Assembly: GCA_043228905.1 (NCBI GenBank)
Contig: JBHGNT010000009.1
Coordinates: forward strand, 13,144,001 to 13,208,000
Origin: Azolla caroliniana
Taxonomy: Eukaryota; Plantae; Polypodiophyta
Reading direction: 5' to 3'
DNA: 64,000 nt
Position numbers and translations under genes: made by a program. The notes under the pieces are model-generated. The model saw only the letters and a list, made by a program, of their open reading frames with translations. It did no database searches and had not been told where the DNA came from. Of the stretch, positions 59,201 through 64,000 are shown one piece after another. The number at the start of each line of letters is the position of its first letter. Position 1 is the first letter of the stretch.

Positions 59201-62200
59201 GGCGTATACCTATAACTTAATTCACGCCAAATTCCCATTTGTTGTAGATAATTGTTGAATTGGCCTGAAAAGTACTCTTTTCCGCCATCCGACCGCAAGC
59301 ACTTGATCGTCCGCAGCAATCGGCTTGAGTTCGGGTGGTGCGAGTACCAAGATGTTGATTCGTCAAAGACGACATTGCAGCTGACTCGTACTCTTTTTTT
59401 GGATCAACTAGGAGGAATGGCAATTCAAATGCCTAGATACTGGGGGGGATGCTATCAAAAAAAGGTTAGCTAGTTTAGATATCTAGAGTGGGCTCTGCAG
59501 CTCAAACAAAAGCGGATACCCAATACTCTGGAGATCCTTTGCCTGATCCCATGCGTGCTTCTTCCGCCGGCCGCAGAGACCGAAGAGAGTGTTAGAACAG
59601 GATCCTTCGTATATGATGCTGTATAATCTCGAATATTATCAATTCCAGTTCGCTCCCGTCCTGGAAGTAATTAAATGAAGTTATCGTGGGGCGGTCTCCC
59701 GGACATAGTCTTTTCATCTTGGACTTGCTTCCAGTGGGGGTTGTAGCACTTGTACCCTAGCCAACCAAAATACATTTCTCTGCCTTGGCATCTAGCTTCT
59801 TTCGCTTCTCATTCGGTACAATGCACATATGCAATGCTACCGAATACCCGAAGGTGTGCCAAATTCGGCTTCCACTCGAAATACAGTTTGTGCGGTGACA
59901 CCTTTGTCCATGAGGCAGATATTTGATTCTACATGTAGAAGGCTCTCTGAATTGCTTCCGCCCAATAAATCCAGGGCATGCTCTTCTCCTCCAACATTGC
60001 CCTCGCCGCTTCTACCAACATCCGGTTCCGACGTTCGGTCACGCCGTTCTGCTCCGGCGTGTATCTACATGAGAACTCTCGACGAATTCCTTTGATCTGC
60101 AGATAACTTATGAACTAGCCGGAAAAATATTATTTTCCGCCATCCGATCTCACACACTTGCTCTTTCTTCTGGTTTCTCGTTTGACATGACTCTTTAGGT
60201 CCCGGAAACACGAGAAGACTACACTTTTCTTCTCGATCAAGTAGATCCAAGTGTGTCGACTGAAATTGTTGATGAAGGAGACGAAATATCGGCTCCCGCC
60301 GATGCTCACGTTTTGTGCTAGTCCCCACACATCTGAATGGATAAGATAGAGTTGGTTCCTACTCCAATTCTTCTCATTGGGGAATGGAAGCCTATGCTGC
60401 TTCCCGAGCTAACAAGCATCACAAGTTTGGCCTTTTTGGCCACTCAACTTCGGCAGTCTGGAAACCACATGTTTCGACTGCATCTCCTGAAGCGTTCGGA
60501 AGTTGATGTGGCCGATCCGCTTATGCTACAAGTTGATGTCTAACGCAACCCTTTGCCCTTTCGCGAACATAGAGTGCCAACACCATTGGTTTCGAGGATG
60601 AACATTCCATCTTGATGCCCTTGCGTGATGATCCAGCCTTCCTCCTCGATGAAGCATCCGTGGTGAGTGAACCGGACCTGCATTCCTTGATCCACGATCT
60701 GAAGGACCGACACCAAGTTCTTGGTTATCGTCAATACATGCAGGGCGTTCCTCATGATTCCCTTCTGCTCCACATGGCTCAAAGGGACATCCCTGAGATG
60801 CTCAATGGGATGTGGGGTGTCATCTCAGGTTTCAACCACCCCCGGCTTCTCGAGAAAGGAGAACCACTCTTTGTGGTTCGTCATGTGGTTTGAAGCTCCC
60901 GAGTCCACGTACCAAACTTCCTCCGACTTCAAATCGGATGCATAAGGCCAACTGAATCGGACGCACCCGCGTGGTTCTCCTCTACAAGGAGCATCGACTG
61001 TAAGTCGAAAAACAAGGGCATATTCTCCCTCGTACAAACTGCCATTTGGAATGCTCTAAACTCCAACGCCAGGCCCCCAAGACAGACTTGCACCATCTCA
61101 TCCTCCTCAATGGTCACGTTGATGGAATCAAGGGAATCGTAAATCTCTTTAATCTGGGCCGTGTAATCGGCCATCGACATGTCTTTCTGTCGAACGTTGC
61201 TCAACTCTTGTTGGAGTTGCAGCTTTTGGGCCGTGGTGCTTCCGACGAAGACCTTTATCAGGTTTCCCCAAGCTTCCTTTGGTGTCTTGGTGTCCGAGAT
61301 ATGGCTCAACAGCTGATCGTCGACACTAGACGCAAAGCGGTACATCACCTTGCTCGTTGCTTGTTCCCAAGTCAGAAAGTCCTTGTGTGCTACATCAGGT
61401 GTTGTATCGTTAGCTCCGTCGACATAACTCCAGTGGCCATGCCCGAGCAGGTACTGGTGCATCTTGTACGACCAAGATGCGTAGTTGGTTCTGTCAAGCT
61501 TCTCCGTCAGAAGCGAGCTAGCCATTCCTCCGTCCATTCTTCCCTTCTTGTTCTTTACCATGTGTTAGGGTTCGTTTATGGAAAAAGCTTGTCGGCAGCA
61601 AAGGTTCTCAACCCTCGCACTCTGATACCATGTAAAAGTTACGTGTGGAAGTTTAGACAAACCGACTCAGCCGGACAACAACAGACAATACACAGGTTTA
61701 ATGGAAAGCTTCAAATGCATAGAGAGTGAACTCCGATGCCAAGCCCCCAAGACAGACCCGCACCATCTCATCCTCCTCAATGGTCACATTGATGGAAGCA
61801 AGAGAATCGCAAATCTCTTTAATCCGGGCCGTGTAATCGGCCACTGACATGTCTTTCTGTCGGACGTTGCTCAACTCTTGTCGGAGTTGCAGCTTTCGGG
61901 TTGTGTTGCTTCCGATGAAGACCTTTATCAGGTTTCCCCAAACCTTCCTTTGGTGTCTTGGTGTCCAGGATATGGCTTAGCAGCTAATCGCCAACACTAG
62001 ACGCAAAGCAGTACATCACCCTGCTTGTTGCTTGTTCCCAAGTCAGAAAGTCCTTAAGTGTTGCATCAGGTGTTGTATTATTAGCTCCGTCGACATAACT
62101 CCAGTGGCCATGCCCGAGCAGGTACTGGTGCATCTTGTACGACCAAGATGCATAGTTGGTTCTGTCAAGCTTCTCTATCAGAAGCGAGCTAGCCATTTCT

Positions 62201-62473
62201 CCGTCCATTCTTCCCTTCTTGTTCTTTACCCTGTGTTAGGGTTCGTTTATGGAAAAAGCTTGTCAGCAACAAAGGTTCTCAACCCTCGTGCTCTGATACC
62301 GTGTGGAAGTTTAGAAAAACCGACTCAGCTGGACAACAACAGACAATATGCAGGTTTAATGGAAAGCTTCAAATGCATAAAGAGTATGCGGGAGAGACAA
62401 AGAGAGCAGAACAATAAATTCTATTTCAAAATAAACTCAATACTCTGTACATACAACTGTGCTTTACAACACT
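56286..62473 (-). mobile_element. Rearranged Ty1/Copia element: most of RT deleted, integrase and gag 5' region duplicated
   Basis: 3' LTR 56286-56682 plus PPT; ORF 57155-58180 fuses the INT-RT linker directly to the RT end/RNase H; two RSDGGK integrase segments (59.2 and 60.1 kb); two PBS-gag starts (TGGTATCAGAG at 61630, CGGTATCAGAG at ~62300). Confidence 0.82.
58528..59185 (+). mobile_element. Solo LTR inserted in Copia integrase
   Basis: TGTCGT...ACGACA inverted ends; apparent 4-bp TSD ACGC/ACAC, removal of which restores QNGVAER; TATA (CTATATAAG) near 58902. Confidence 0.85.
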
Positions 62474-64000
62474 TGTTGAGAGATCAAGCTCAACTTAGTT
62501 TAGCTATTTAGTCAACCATGTAACTTTGTAGTTACCTAGATAGAATCTAGTTAGAAGTGTTGACTATAACGCCTTAAATAGGACCTTGTACTTAACTGAG
62601 ATATTCTAGATCCTCCACTCCTAAGTACATTTAATATAGGACTTACACTTTTGTACCTATATTATACTCACACATGTGCACCCTTGCACATGAAATCTAT
62701 ATATACCTCATTGTAGGTATTTTTGTATTCGATGATGTTTTATAATATAAACTCTAGTTTACTCATCCCCCATCTTGTGTTGTTCATAAGTGTATCTCTC
62801 CTCTCTCTCTTCCTCTCACACACATACACACACACACATATCACATAATCTTCCGCACTTAACTTAATCACATAATTAGGTACTAATTAACTCTTAATTA
62901 CTTACCTAATTCTTAACATGGTATTAGAGCTAGTGGTCGAAGAGAACCACGTCCGAACCAAAAGCAAGACATCGGAAGGACAAATGTTCTTCTCGAATTC
63001 AGACGATGGCCGAGGAGGAGGTCACGACGGTAGAAGAGGTCAATTCGACCCATCACACGAAGGGAACTAAAACCTTCACGGAAGCCATCGAGGAACCTTC
63101 GGAAGCCATCATGGTCAGCAAACGAGGCCCGCAACTTGCAATTATTGCGGCAAAGTCGGTCACTACGAGGTGGAGTGTCGGAAAAAGAGAAGTGAGTCGG
63201 CTTCAACAAGTCGACAACTCACAAACTACGCATCGAACTCCGACTACGACAATCGTAGCGGAATGTTCACGAATCATGCATCGAATTCCAACTATGACGA
63301 TCGTAGTGAAATTTTTACAAATTACGCCCCAAATTCCGACTACGATGACCGTGGCAAAATGTTCGTAATGAGGCATAGGCCGAACTCTATGACGGCCTCC
63401 AACTCCACAAGCACCTCCAACTCGGAAGACGTGTGTGGTTCATCGATTCCGGCGCCTCACATCACATGACATCTCACGAAGAGTGGTTTCGTGATTTACG
63501 AACACTAGATCGACCCAGCTTCATAGAGACGAGAGACGACACCACGCACCCCATTCGACACATCGGCAATGTCCCATTTGGGAAAGAAGGCGAGCAAACT
63601 TGCATCAAGAATGTCTTGCACGTGCCCACAATAACGAAGAATTTGGTCTCAGTCGGCCAAATCTTGGAGCAAAGCATGCAAGTCCACTTCAACAAAGAAG
63701 GAAGCTTAATCGAGAAAGATGGTCGACTCATAGCGAAGGGGCGGAGAGATGGCCGAATGTTCATCCTCAATTCGAATGAGGTGAAATCGGCAATGTACGC
63801 TAAAAGTCTCAAAACCGAGACAAGCATCAAGTTGTGGCACAAGAGAATCGGCCACATAAACCTCTAACGACTTCGAGCGATGCAAACCAAGGGAGTTGTC
63901 ATCGGACTTCCAACATTCGAGTCAAAACGAGTCGACCGAGTATGCGAAGCATGTCAACTTGGCAAACAACATCAACTCCCATTCCCAAAGGAGAGCTCCA
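62474..64000 (+). mobile_element. Ty1/Copia element, 5' part (LTR 62474-62918, PBS, gag-deleted, PR, start of INT); runs off the window
   Basis: TG...CA followed by TGGTATTAGAGC; Zn knuckle CNYCGKVGHYEVEC; WFIDSGASHHMT; LWHKRIGHIN. Confidence 0.9.

Overview
Eukaryotic, land-plant-type DNA; the retroelement families and long introns suggest a seedless plant such as a fern, but this is inference. The only host gene is an apparently intact 6-exon GT8 galacturonosyltransferase (GAUT12/13/14-like, 529 aa, 2702-15148 +), whose 9.4-kb first intron holds a Copia element. From about 16.6 kb onward the window is a nest of transposable elements up to four levels deep, whose order can be reconstructed from target-site duplications (TSDs). 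Standout 1 is a TIR DNA transposon (24936-38862; 36-bp TIRs, 4-bp TSD, Sola-like DUF7869-type transposase). It carries, head-to-head with its transposase, a spliced cargo gene encoding a ParB/Srx-like domain fused to a beta-class N6A/N4C DNA methyltransferase. The probable first intron of that gene contains nine 31-bp palindromes at 51-bp spacing. Standout 2 is an endonuclease-less Penelope-like retroelement (coiled-coil ORF1 overlapping an RT) with a minimal hammerhead ribozyme, flanked by a near-identical 634-bp duplication. Standout 3 is a tRNA-like Pol III A/B-box cassette lying antisense in the U3 of two unrelated LTR families. All domain calls come from reading motifs by eye; no searches were run.
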